Positions 39,601 to 50,930 of a stretch of 64,000 bases of DNA are shown one piece after another. Position 1 is the first letter of the stretch, and the number at the start of each line of letters is the position of its first letter. Position numbers and translations under genes: made by a program. The notes under the pieces were generated by a model. It saw nothing but the letters and a program-made list of their open reading frames with translations. It was not told the origin of the DNA and searched no databases. The DNA comes from Tubulanus polymorphus (taxonomy: Eukaryota > Animalia > Nemertea), in contig NC_134028.1 of NCBI RefSeq assembly GCF_964204645.1, positions 12,881,263 to 12,945,262 of the forward strand, given 5' to 3'.

Positions 39601-40652
39601 TCATATTCATACAGAAAAGTTAATGGTAACTCAAGAAGATAAATATAATTACGTTGTGCATTATAGAATGTTAAAATTCTATTTGAATCAAGGAATGATA
39701 TTAAAAAAAGTACATAGATATATTTCATTTAATCAATCTAAGTGGTTAGAAAAATATATAGATTTTAATACTACACAGAGAACTGAAGCTAAAACTGATT
39801 TTGAGAAGGATTACTTTAAACTGATGAATAATGCGTTCTATGGAAAAACATGTGAAAACATAAGAAATAGAAATGATATTGAGTTAGTTAGTAATGGTAA
39901 AAGAATTAGACATTTGCAATCGTATCCGAAATTCATAGGTAACAGAATATTCGATGAAAATTTAGCAGCAGTTAAATTAAAAGAACTTCTATGAAGTTCA
40001 ATAAACCTATTTATGTTGGAGCATCAGTTTTAGAAATTTCAAAGCTATTGATGTATGAATTCTATTATAATGTATTGCAACCCCATTTTGGGGAAAAAAT
40101 ATAGAAATCTTATATCTAGATACAGATTCTTACATATTAAAGATAAAAAGTGATAACATAACTGATGATTTAAAAATATTAAATCATCATTTTGATTTCA
40201 GTAACTATCCCAAAGATCATGAATTGTTTAGCAATGATAATGAAAAAGTTCCCGGGAAGTTTAAAGATGAATTAGGTGGTGAAGAAATGATAGAGTTCAT
40301 AGGTATTAGATCTAAAATGTATTCATATAAAACTAAAGAACATGAAGCTAAAAAGTTAAAAGGAATTACCAAAAGTGTAGTAGAAAAGAATATTCATTTT
40401 AAAGATTACATCAATTGTATATTTAATGAAGAAGTTAGAAAACATAAGATGAAATGTTTAAGATCTGAAGATCATGAAATGTATATTGAAGAGATAGAGA
40501 AGATAAGTCTAAACCCATTTGATGATAAAAGATATATTTTAGATGATGGAATCCACACAGTCGCGTATGGTTGCAATTTAGATGAATATATAAAATTCAA
40601 AAGAGAAGAAACAAAAGAAAATGAGATTATGAAAAGGATTCTAACGTGTTAA
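36618..40652 (+). pseudogene. C pPolB, multiple stops and frameshifts
   Basis: Six ORF fragments collinear with B pPolB. Confidence 0.95.
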
Positions 40653-40680
40653 TTAATTTCAATAAAAATGTGTATAATAA

Positions 40681-41022
40681 ATGGAGAGTAAACAAGTACA
40701 CAGTGAATTCTTAGATAGAATTAAAGATACCACAAATGTAAAATCTGTAGATTATAAATTCAAAAAACTAACTGAGTTAACAATTCACAAGAAATATTTA
40801 ATTACAAATATTGTTACAGTTACTAACAAATATGGAGATAAATTAGTTATACACTTAGAATATGAAGGATTAAAAGGAAATACACATAAATTCAGAACTT
40901 ATTTACCAGATAGATTTCATAGATTATCAAGTGAAGATTTAGAAGAATTATGTTCTGGAGATTTCTATTTCGTATACAAAGGTAAGAATGAAAAAGGGCA
41001 CCATGAAATAGATTTCGAATAA
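40681..41022 (+). CDS. C MESKQ-family (OB-fold-like) protein
   Basis: Homology to A and B copies. Confidence 0.7.
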   Translation: MESKQVHSEFLDRIKDTTNVKSVDYKFKKLTELTIHKKYLITNIVTVTNKYGDKLVIHLEYEGLKGNTHKFRTYLPDRFHRLSSEDLEELCSGDFYFVYKGKNEKGHHEIDFE

Positions 41023-41039
41023 GAAAATATGTAAAATAA

Positions 41040-41795
41040 ATGGCGGAATTAAAAGAATATAGAATATTTGTTGATTCTAGAAAACTTACAAATTATAGAT
41101 CACATAATTTACTAGTACAATTAGACAGAGAATTTAAGAATTGTGTAGATTTAAAATTAGTAAATATAAGTTTATGTAATTCTTTTTATAATATATCAGA
41201 TAAAACTTTTAAACATAGAGGGTTTATGATTTATATGAGAAATAAAGATAAATGGTTTCATATATTTTTAAAACCAGGATTATATAATTTAGATACATTA
41301 GCGCAGGAAATTAATAGAAGAGCTCGGTTGAAAATCGGGGGTACTTCTGTATTTGAAATTAAATTTAATAAAATTGATAGTACTAATAAAATAAGAATAA
41401 AGATATCTAATGAACAACATAAATTTATGGTAAACAAACCACTGGCTAAAATGTTAGGAATTAAACCTCTTACAGTTACTGGAAACGCAGAAGGCAGCTC
41501 AAATATAATACCTTTTACACACTTTTATATTTATTGCAATTTAATCGAGCCTACAAAAACTTTCGAAGCAACTAAAGAAACAATTTGTAGTTCTAGTATA
41601 CTAAATATTTTACCGCTAAAAAATGTTAAACAATTTGGAACTCAAATAAATTATAATTTAACAGATTGTGATTTCAAACCTTGTATTCCAAAATTTAATA
41701 ATTTTAAGTTAGAAATAAGAAATCACAATGGATACTTAATTGATTTGAATAATTTCCCTGTAATTTATGAATTAGTTATAAGATGTAGAGAGTAA
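41040..41795 (+). CDS. C penton
   Basis: Same motifs as 21880-22638. Confidence 0.8.
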   Translation: MAELKEYRIFVDSRKLTNYRSHNLLVQLDREFKNCVDLKLVNISLCNSFYNISDKTFKHRGFMIYMRNKDKWFHIFLKPGLYNLDTLAQEINRRARLKIGGTSVFEIKFNKIDSTNKIRIKISNEQHKFMVNKPLAKMLGIKPLTVTGNAEGSSNIIPFTHFYIYCNLIEPTKTFEATKETICSSSILNILPLKNVKQFGTQINYNLTDCDFKPCIPKFNNFKLEIRNHNGYLIDLNNFPVIYELVIRCRE

Positions 41796-41813
41796 TTTTT
41801 TTTTACTATATAA

Positions 41814-42116
41814 ATGAATATAACTGTTGGACCGAGTATATGTTTTGGGTTTGATTTTAAACGTGAGAAAGAAATGAAATTTAACATTAATGATGTAATT
41901 ACACAAATCAAAAATGTTGTATTTTCTAATGAAACAAAATTTGAGTATGAAACAACAATAGATAAAGAAACTTTAAATGTAGAAAAGATTACTAATTTAA
42001 TTAGAGAATCTTTAAGATTTTATGAATTAGATGAAGATTTTATCATCGATGATATTAAAAAAATAATAATTGAAATATATACAAATGAAACTAGTAATGA
42101 AATAAATGTTGATTGA
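41814..42116 (+). CDS. C MNITV-family protein
   Basis: Homology; same early TGA as in A. Confidence 0.75.
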   Translation: MNITVGPSICFGFDFKREKEMKFNINDVITQIKNVVFSNETKFEYETTIDKETLNVEKITNLIRESLRFYELDEDFIIDDIKKIIIEIYTNETSNEINVD

Positions 42117-42170
42117 ATCATCACTAAGATAACTAAATATTTTGATGATAGTAATTTTTTTGATAAATAA

Positions 42171-42392
42171 ATGAGTGATAATAAGTGGATAATAACTGGA
42201 TTATATAATGGCGCATTACTATCAGTTGGAACTGTTGGTTATTCAATGGTATTAAAAAAAGTATTTAAAATGGGAAGTGTTAATGTTGATAGATTTGATA
42301 TAAATGATATTTTAAAATTAACATTAGCAGTTACTTTATCTAATTTAACTATTGATTATTTGGAAAAACAAAAATATATTCCTCCCATATAA
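42171..42392 (+). CDS. C MSDNK-family protein
   Basis: Identical to A and B copies. Confidence 0.85.
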   Translation: MSDNKWIITGLYNGALLSVGTVGYSMVLKKVFKMGSVNVDRFDINDILKLTLAVTLSNLTIDYLEKQKYIPPI

Positions 42393-42416
42393 ATGCATAA
42401 TTTTTTTGTTAAATAA

Positions 42417-42839
42417 ATGGCTTCTGCAATTATAACTATTATAGGATCAGCAATTGTTAACGCTTTAGCATTTACTGGTGGTGGATATTTATTTAAACAT
42501 ATTGATAAAAATAGTTCATTAGGAGAACAAAGAAGACATAACTTAGCGTTAGAGAAATACAATAAAGCTGCAGAAGAATATAGAGAAAAGAGACAAAACT
42601 ATATGGATTACATCAATAAAGAATTATATGATCAGAAGATTTCACATAGAGATTTTCATTCAGTTGATGATGCAATGAGTTTATATAACACAGTAACAAA
42701 TAAAGAAAAATTACATCTATACAAACCTAAATTATCAGATTATTATACCCCAAGTAAAGAACAACAGAAATATGAAATAATATGGATTTTAGGTGGAACA
42801 GTTATTGTTATATTTGTTGCTTATAAGTTTACTAATTAG
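42417..42839 (+). CDS. C MASAII-family membrane protein
   Basis: Homology to A and B copies. Confidence 0.85.
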   Translation: MASAIITIIGSAIVNALAFTGGGYLFKHIDKNSSLGEQRRHNLALEKYNKAAEEYREKRQNYMDYINKELYDQKISHRDFHSVDDAMSLYNTVTNKEKLHLYKPKLSDYYTPSKEQQKYEIIWILGGTVIVIFVAYKFTN

Positions 42840-42858
42840 TAATTTTTATTCTAAATAA

Positions 42859-43293
42859 ATGGAAGATAAAGTTGATAGTATTGATATTATTCCTCATGAT
42901 ATAAATAAAACTAAATTAAAAACATATTTAGAAAAACAAATATTAGAATTTGAAAGTGACTTAAAGATAAAAAAGAAAAAATATTTAAAAAGTAAAATTA
43001 TATATTATTTGATTATAAGTGGTTCGGTTACAATTAGTTCTGTAATAACATTTTTAGCAATATTCAGCCCATTAACACCTTTAGCCATATCAATTGGTGT
43101 GTTAGGATTAAGTTCAAGTGTTTTAACTGGTATAAGTTCAAAATTAAATATAAAAAGTAATAAAGAAAAAATCAAAACTAATATAAAAGAAATTAATAAA
43201 TTAAAGAACACACTAGATTATATAATAAGTTTAAATGGTCATATAACAGTTGAAGAACAAGATAAATTATTAAAAGAATTAATAAATTATTAA
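42859..43293 (+). CDS. C two-TM coiled-coil protein
   Basis: Central hydrophobic hairpin flanked by Lys-rich helices. Confidence 0.85.
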   Translation: MEDKVDSIDIIPHDINKTKLKTYLEKQILEFESDLKIKKKKYLKSKIIYYLIISGSVTISSVITFLAIFSPLTPLAISIGVLGLSSSVLTGISSKLNIKSNKEKIKTNIKEINKLKNTLDYIISLNGHITVEEQDKLLKELINY

Positions 43294-43309
43294 TTTTTTT
43301 GTTATATAA

Positions 43310-44698
43310 ATGGTAGATAGTTTTCCAAAAGCTTTCCGATATAATAAATCAATTAAATATAATATTCCAGCAATAGATTTTAATAAAGATATTACATATA
43401 GAAATGAAGTTTTAGATTCATTAACTAATTTAGAAATTTATGTTACTGAAACTAATAATTTTAATGCAAAGATGGAAAATATATTTCATGTATATTTGAT
43501 TAATTTTAAAAAATTGAAAGATGAAAAACAATGGTTATTAAAATCTAATATGAAGTATTGGCAGAATCAATTAAATTTTGCTGTTTATTGTGCAACAACA
43601 GGATGTGGAATTAGTTGGAATGATCATTTGAATAATTCTAAATATAAACTAATTCAAAGTTTATTTAGATTTCATACATACTTTCAAATCAGAATAATAT
43701 TAAATGAATTAGAGTGCGCTTTACCAGGATCTAGATATTTTAAAGAATTAGATAATAATATTAATTTATCAAAGTTTTATAAAATTTGCAATGAATTTAA
43801 TATAGATATAAATAATTCTGATTTTAGAACAAAAATTGGAACAATAAGATCACTTCCTTGCCCTAAAAAGATTGCAGAATATTGTGCACTTCCCATACCA
43901 TCTAATAGTTTTTATAATATCTATAATAATAAATTAGGTTATGGTAAAATAGAAACAAAGGATTTAGAAACATTAAATTTCAATAAATTACCAAAATTTT
44001 ATGATAATTTAAAACAAGAAAACAATAATGGTTGGGTTTATTTTATTTTAGAAAATAGTGAAGGTTTTACTAAATCAGGTATAGAAAGAATAAATCAATC
44101 TATTAGAACTTATTTGATTTGTATTCTAGGATCACAAGTTGAAACAAGATCACCGATAATTGGAAATTTGAATACATCATTCGATACACAAAAACAATTT
44201 AAAGTTTTATTTGAAGATTCAATTCATAATGATAAAAATAGATCGATTCCAGAAAACATTATAAGATATCAAAATTATTTAGATAAATCTCATGTAAGAC
44301 TTAATTATTGTATAGGCCCTAATCTATTAATTATTTCTAATGATTTAGTATTAAAGATGGGAAATATAATTGGTTATAATAATCTAATTAAAACTGCAAC
44401 AATAAATAATTCATTTGGATTGAATGATATAAATAAAAAGATAATTACTGCTCCAAAATTAATGGAAGGTGAAAAAAATAAAAAACATATTCAATCAACA
44501 GAAACTAAAACTAAGAATATTAAATTGGATAATGATTCCAAAATAAAAGATTACAATACTACAGAAAATAATAGAACTGATAAAATTCAACATGATATAA
44601 TTAAACTAAATGATGATAATAAATCCCATGAAAATACTAAATTAGCTATAACTTGTATAGGAATTGTAATCGGAGGAATATTATATTTTAGATTTTAA
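43310..44698 (+). CDS. C WQNQLNFAVYC-family protein, C-terminal TM
   Basis: Intact 462-aa ORF. Confidence 0.88.
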   Translation: MVDSFPKAFRYNKSIKYNIPAIDFNKDITYRNEVLDSLTNLEIYVTETNNFNAKMENIFHVYLINFKKLKDEKQWLLKSNMKYWQNQLNFAVYCATTGCGISWNDHLNNSKYKLIQSLFRFHTYFQIRIILNELECALPGSRYFKELDNNINLSKFYKICNEFNIDINNSDFRTKIGTIRSLPCPKKIAEYCALPIPSNSFYNIYNNKLGYGKIETKDLETLNFNKLPKFYDNLKQENNNGWVYFILENSEGFTKSGIERINQSIRTYLICILGSQVETRSPIIGNLNTSFDTQKQFKVLFEDSIHNDKNRSIPENIIRYQNYLDKSHVRLNYCIGPNLLIISNDLVLKMGNIIGYNNLIKTATINNSFGLNDINKKIITAPKLMEGEKNKKHIQSTETKTKNIKLDNDSKIKDYNTTENNRTDKIQHDIIKLNDDNKSHENTKLAITCIGIVIGGILYFRF

Positions 44699-44714
44699 TT
44701 TTTTTATTATGTAA

Positions 44715-46400
44715 ATGGCAGAAGGTGTAGAAGATATTCCATTGGATGACATGGGAAATGATAATGAAGGATATATTGATGATGATTATAATGATGCAGG
44801 TGCTAATATTGATAATAATGATGAATCAGCATATAATACTAATTTAGGTGAAGATGATGATGATGATGTTCCCGAATCACGTGAAAAAATAAAAAAATAT
44901 TTAGAAGCTCCTGAAAGGGGTATAATTACAACTAGAAGAGAAAGAAAAGATTTAATGAATAGATTAGTAAATACAACTGATCCTGAATTGAAAGAAGATT
45001 TATATTTAATGAAATCTAGAGTAACAGATACAATTGTTAACGAATTATTACCATCAGTTGTAACAGATGAAATTGATACTGAAGATGTTGTAGAACAAAT
45101 TTTTAAAGATGACCCATATTTCACAAATAATTTAGAATTTAAAAATGATGCATGGTATTATAATCTTGATTTAAATAGGAATATTGTAACAATTCAATTA
45201 TCTAAAATGGGTCAAGAAAATATTTTTGAACCTGAAATGCGAGCAACATCTACAATTGAAAATTCAAAAGGTGGTAGAGAATTTCTCAGAATTATATGGA
45301 ATGCACTCGATAGAATAAATGAAGAAGAACCAATTCCTAAAATTAATATAAACAAATATTCACCATTTAAAAATCCAAATCCTACTGATTTTGATCCAGA
45401 AATGGAAGAGAATAGAAATCGATTAGATAGATTGAGATCTTCAACACCCGAAACATCGAGAAGAGACACTCAACAAATTGATAATTATTCAAGTAAATTA
45501 CAATTAGAAAAACAAATTGATAGATTAAGAGATTCAGAAGAACTGATGAATAGTATATCAGATACATCTGGTTCTGAAACTGGAATAAATCGACTGCAAT
45601 ATTTACTAGAAAAAGGATTTCTTAATTTAACCGATGAAGAATTAGAAGCATTTCCTGAACAAATACGTAGAGAAATTAAAGGTATACAAGTATCAGCTGA
45701 TGAAATTGCTAATATTAAGATGAGATTTTCTAAAATAACCATATTAGAAAAAGAATTAGTTAATGTAGATGAAGAATTAAAACAATTAGAATTAAATAGA
45801 AATCATCAAGTAATTTATGAAGCTGATTTTGAAAGCAGAAAGTTAGCTTTAGTAAAAGAAATAGATGATTTAGAATATAACATAAAATTACAAAAAGAAG
45901 AAAGAGATATATTATTAAAATCATATGATCTTAATCATATTAAAAAATTAAAAGTTATTTTTAAAGATTTGTTGATTAAACCAGATTCTGAAATATCATT
46001 AAAAGATAGAATAAGATTGTTATTTAAATTAGAAGGAATAACAATTCTTTCAATTCTAACAGGTGTAACTATGGTATTTACAACAATTGGTTTAGCAATA
46101 TCAAATGCTTTAAAATCTATTCCTACTCCAAATAAACCAGATAAACCTCCAGGTAATAATTCTATACAAGATAAAGTTAAAGATGGTTTAAAGAAATTAG
46201 CAAAATATTTATGGGAACTATCTAAAAAATCTGCTGCAGCATTACCAGGAGTTATTGCTTCAATTGTTGGTTTTATATTGAAATCTGCAGGAAACATTAT
46301 TAACTTTGCTGCTGAACATATTATTTTATTCTTAATTACAGTTGTAAGTGCTATTATTTTTGGTTTAGTAAATATGATATCAAAAAATATCAAAAAATAA
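44715..46400 (+). CDS. C MAEG-family acidic/coiled-coil membrane protein
   Basis: Intact 561-aa ORF with several C-terminal hydrophobic segments. Confidence 0.88.
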   Translation: MAEGVEDIPLDDMGNDNEGYIDDDYNDAGANIDNNDESAYNTNLGEDDDDDVPESREKIKKYLEAPERGIITTRRERKDLMNRLVNTTDPELKEDLYLMKSRVTDTIVNELLPSVVTDEIDTEDVVEQIFKDDPYFTNNLEFKNDAWYYNLDLNRNIVTIQLSKMGQENIFEPEMRATSTIENSKGGREFLRIIWNALDRINEEEPIPKININKYSPFKNPNPTDFDPEMEENRNRLDRLRSSTPETSRRDTQQIDNYSSKLQLEKQIDRLRDSEELMNSISDTSGSETGINRLQYLLEKGFLNLTDEELEAFPEQIRREIKGIQVSADEIANIKMRFSKITILEKELVNVDEELKQLELNRNHQVIYEADFESRKLALVKEIDDLEYNIKLQKEERDILLKSYDLNHIKKLKVIFKDLLIKPDSEISLKDRIRLLFKLEGITILSILTGVTMVFTTIGLAISNALKSIPTPNKPDKPPGNNSIQDKVKDGLKKLAKYLWELSKKSAAALPGVIASIVGFILKSAGNIINFAAEHIILFLITVVSAIIFGLVNMISKNIKK

Positions 46401-46424
46401 ATAATTAATTTTTTTGTTAAATAA

Positions 46425-47672
46425 ATGAGTGGGAGTTATATCAATCCTTCTAAGAATCATAGAATATCCAATGCTATTAAAGCAGAAAGATCACATCATA
46501 TAATTACTCATAACCCTTCAAATATTAATCCCGATGAAACTTTATACGTTAGAATTCCTCGATTAACACAAAATACTTTTTATGTTCCAAATAGTATTTA
46601 TTTATCAGCTGATATAAAAGTAATCGGTAATAATAATAATTATGTTGTTGATAATGTTGGAAGATATTTGATTAAAAAGTTAACAATAAAGATTGGTCCA
46701 GAAACAGTTTTCTCATTAGATGATTATAATTTATTTATGCACTATAAAGATTTATGGTTAACTAAAGAAAATAGAAATAATATGATATTTCAAGGAATTC
46801 AATCAGAAAACCAAAATAAATTAAGATCAGAAGCTAATAGCGCAATATTAACAAATGATGTAGATAAATTGATAAAAAGTATATATGGAAGCAAATATAA
46901 AATTCCATTAGACTTTGAATTGATAAATAATAATGCACCTTTATATAAATACGCAATTCAAGAAGATGTTATATTTGAGATAACATTTGCTCCTGTAAAT
47001 GAAATTGTAATATCTAGCGTTAATAAAGATATGAGTTATAAATTATCGAATATATGTTTAGAATATGATACAGTAACTGATGAAAATATTTCAAGTATAA
47101 TTCAAACTCAATACAATCAAGGATTTTCATTATTATATGATTATATTGATAAATTTAAAACTGTAACTATTAATGCAAATGATGAAATAATAAATGAGAA
47201 TATTAACTTCCCTAGAAGATCTATTAAAGGTATATTGATATTTTTTACTATTGGAACGTATACTAATGGCGCAATAAATGTTGACAATTATTATAATCCT
47301 GAAATAACAAAAGTAGAAATAACTATCGAAGGAATAGCAAATAAAATATTTTGTCAAGGAATGAGAATGATAGATCAATGAATAGAAATTAAAAAACATT
47401 TTATGAATGAAAAAGTAAAATCATTTGAAAATTGTAACATTAATCAAATTGATTATTATACCGGCAATAAATATGCATTATGGTTAGATTTTAGAACAAC
47501 TGAAGATAACTTATTACATGGTTCTGGGAAAAAATTACAAAATACAAAAGATGGAATACAATTATTTATGACAAAGAAAAAGGGAATCAAAAATTTTAAA
47601 ATGCATATTTATATTATATCTGACGCGCAATTAAATATTGTAAATTCACAATTAGATAGTGTTATGTATTAA
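46425..47672 (+). pseudogene. C major capsid protein, single nonsense codon at 47379-47381
   Basis: DQW changed to DQ*; otherwise collinear with A and B. Confidence 0.82.
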
Positions 47673-47704
47673 AATTTTAACTTAAATAAAAATGTATATA
47701 ATAA

Positions 47705-48637
47705 ATGGAAGGAGGTAAAGTATATAAACATATTCCATACATCGATACATATGAAAATAATGATGGTTTATATTATGTAATACCTTGTAATATAGCTTTG
47801 ATATTTGATCCTATTTTTAAAAATTATAAAACTAAACTGATAGAAATCGATAATAATAAAAATGGTGTTGTTAATAATAGTGTAATTGATAATAATGTAA
47901 TACCTACTACTACATCTGTAATACCTACTACTACATCTGTAATACCTTCTACATCTAATAATGTAATACCTTCTACATCTAATAACATAATACCTTCTAC
48001 ATCTGTAATACCCTCTACATCAAATAATATAATACCTTCTACATATAATAATGCAATAATATTAAATGTTAGTGAAAATAGAAATTATTGTGATTATTGT
48101 AATGGCGAATTTTCAAACGCTCCATCAAATTGGAATAAACATATGAATACAAATTCACATATTACTAATGTTATAGAACGTGTTGGTTTAAGAGAATTTA
48201 TAGAACACCCATTTAGATATGTTACAAAATTTGTTTCAAATAAAAAAGTAAATGGTGAAAAAATATATGAAGATTTATTATTAGCAACACCTAATAAAGA
48301 TGAATTAGATTTAACCGATGCTAATGAAATATTAGGATCAAACACTGTAAATGAAATATTAGGAGCAAACACTAATAAAGATGATAATGAAAATGGTGCC
48401 ATACACCCACATGATGATATAGTTACAGTTAAACATATTGATAATAAAGATTCTATAAAACTTAAAGTAGAAAATAATAATAAATTTGATTGGAAGAATA
48501 AGTTTAAAAATGAAACAACTATTGATGATTTAGTAAAAAATATGAAAAAGGTAAAAAAGGTGAAAAAGGTGAAAAAGGTGAAAAAGGTGAAAAATAATAA
48601 ACCAATTATTTATGAAGATACGGTAGCATTTAAATAA
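47705..48637 (+). CDS. C MEGGK-family Zn-finger protein with expanded VIPSTS and KKV repeats
   Basis: ORF and homology to A and B copies. Confidence 0.82.
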   Translation: MEGGKVYKHIPYIDTYENNDGLYYVIPCNIALIFDPIFKNYKTKLIEIDNNKNGVVNNSVIDNNVIPTTTSVIPTTTSVIPSTSNNVIPSTSNNIIPSTSVIPSTSNNIIPSTYNNAIILNVSENRNYCDYCNGEFSNAPSNWNKHMNTNSHITNVIERVGLREFIEHPFRYVTKFVSNKKVNGEKIYEDLLLATPNKDELDLTDANEILGSNTVNEILGANTNKDDNENGAIHPHDDIVTVKHIDNKDSIKLKVENNNKFDWKNKFKNETTIDDLVKNMKKVKKVKKVKKVKKVKNNKPIIYEDTVAFK

Positions 48638-48850
48638 ATTGTTAGCGTCTGATAGTGAAAGTGATTCAGAAATTGATTATCTAAAACTTGAATAATAAAG
48701 GTTAAAAATTGTATAAAATAATAGTAAATAAAAAAGGGGTTTAAATTATTTAAGGTATCTAATAGGGTATCAGGTATTAGGGTATTAGGTATTAGGGTAT
48801 CTAATAGGGTATCAGGTATTAGGGTATCTAATACATAGGTATACAATTAG

Positions 48851-49462
48851 TTATTTTATAAATTTATATTCATATGGAAATTGTAATCTCATAAGTAATT
48901 TTGAACCTTTATTATTCTTTAATTTATTCATATATTCATCATGTAATTCAGTAGGTATAATTTGATTTTCTTCTAATGATTGTTGCATAGATTTTTTATC
49001 TTTGTTATAAAATAAAACTAGAAATCTTATATTCTCTCTAAAATCTTTCACAATTGAATTATATTTCTGATTTAAAACCCAAGTTGTTATCCCAAAATGT
49101 CTACCAGAGAAAGCTAAATAACATAACTCACTTTCTCTAATTTTAGAATCATGTAAATTTGCGCAATCATCAATAATAAATAATGTATTTGATCCTTTAT
49201 AAATATCTAATGCAATTTATATACAATTATCTAAATTTTCTTTTACTGTTTTAGGGTCTAATATAATAAACTTTTTTATCTTAACTATATCTCTATTATA
49301 TGTTTCATTCATTTCATAAGTAGGACAGAATAATATTATATTATCAAAATGATTTTTATAAATAGTTTCTAATAAATCTAATATGAAGTGTGTTTTACCA
49401 CAATTTGTAACTCCAGTAACTAACATATTATGCGGTTCAAATATAAATAAATCTTTATTCAT
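48851..49462 (-). pseudogene. C packaging ATPase, stop at 49217
   Basis: Aligns with 10359-10976. Confidence 0.9.
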
Positions 49463-50543
49463 TTATTCTTTTAATTTTACTAGATAAAATCCATTCATTA
49501 AATTTATCATCATATCCTTTATATTTCACCAAAGAATACTTTTTTCCTTTAAGAGTTTTTGTTTTCAATACTTTTCCTATTTTGTATTCTATTTCATCTG
49601 GATTTGGTACTAATGATAATTCTTGTTCATAAAAATAACCTAATATTTCTTCATCTTTTAAATCAAACAATTTATAAACAAATGGTTTAGTTAATATTAT
49701 CTTTTTAATTTTAAATATTTCTTCTGTAAAATTTGGGGTATAACCTTTATAAAATGTTTTTCGTTATTTAGAAATTCTAACATGTTGTCCTATTTTAAAT
49801 TTAGGTTCTCCAAAATCATGTGTAACAAATGCTCCATATAAATTATTCCAAACTATTTCTGAATTTTCTTCTTTTCTAGCTTGTATAGGTTTCATATTTA
49901 TAGAACTATGTTTAGAATTATTATAACCTTTAACTAAATCATCTAACACATCGATATATTTATATGTTTCATTAGCGGTGAAATATTTCCACATTCTAGT
50001 TTTCAATGTTTTATTAAATCTTTCTATAACAGATGCTTTTTTATCTGAATGTGTTGAAAAATATTCTACATCGTTATCAGATAATAGTTTTTTGAAATGT
50101 TTGTTATAAAATTCCTTACCTTCATCAAATTGTATCTTATCTGGAATAGCTTCTTTAAATATAGATTTAAAAGCATTTGTTACTTCTATACCAGTTTTAT
50201 TTTTAATCGGGATACTCCATGCGTATCTACTGAATATATCTATAACATTTAGTATCCAAAAATATCCTTTGTTGTATTCTTCTAAGTTTTTCATGTCAAT
50301 TAAATCTGCTTGCCATTGTTGATCGATATATGAAACCATAACTTTTCTTGTTAAATATTTTTTATCCATCTTTTTATGAATTTTATATGTTGGTTGATTT
50401 TGTAACCATGATTTTAATTCACTATATTTTATTTTTTCTTTATCAGATTTAATTTTATTCCATAATTCCGAAACACTTGAATATGAAACTTCACTTTCTG
50501 GGTTATAATATAAATCTCTTAAATATTGTTCTTTTTTCATCAT
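49455..50543 (-). pseudogene. C integrase-chromodomain, in-frame TAA at 49764-49766
   Basis: DDE core followed by EYKIGKVL..LVKYKGY..NEW. Confidence 0.92.
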
Positions 50544-50546
50544 ATT

Positions 50547-50930
50547 TTAATCCATTAATAATATTTTAGATTTAGTTTCATTTGATTTATTTTCTAGTAT
50601 GATAGGTTTATTATCATTGGAATCATCTTTATCATCGGATTTGAATTTTGATTTATATATTACACCGGATAATATAATAATTGTGATTAACCCAATTGTA
50701 ATATATAAGTAATTATTTCTTCTACTATTAGAAGAATTAGATGGATTATTATTTGAATCAATACCACCGTGTGGGTGCCGTACGGCATCATCAGATAATT
50801 TCTGTGATTCATTTATATCAGTTAATTTCTTTTTCTTAGCTTTTTTTAATTCTGATGATCTTTTACCTAATTCTCTTGCCCATTTAATTTGTTTCTCGGA
50901 TCTAGCCTTTTTCTTAACTCCATCACTCAT
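50547..50930 (-). CDS. C basic single-TM protein (MSDGV family)
   Basis: Lys-rich N-terminus plus one hydrophobic segment. Confidence 0.8.
   Translation of the reverse strand: MSDGVKKKARSEKQIKWARELGKRSSELKKAKKKKLTDINESQKLSDDAVRHPHGGIDSNNNPSNSSNSRRNNYLYITIGLITIIILSGVIYKSKFKSDDKDDSNDNKPIILENKSNETKSKILLMD

Noticed and set aside
34761-46393. Antisense ORFs overlapping viral genes
   Set aside because: Shadow frames of real genes with Ser/Leu/Phe-rich composition and no TAAATG start.
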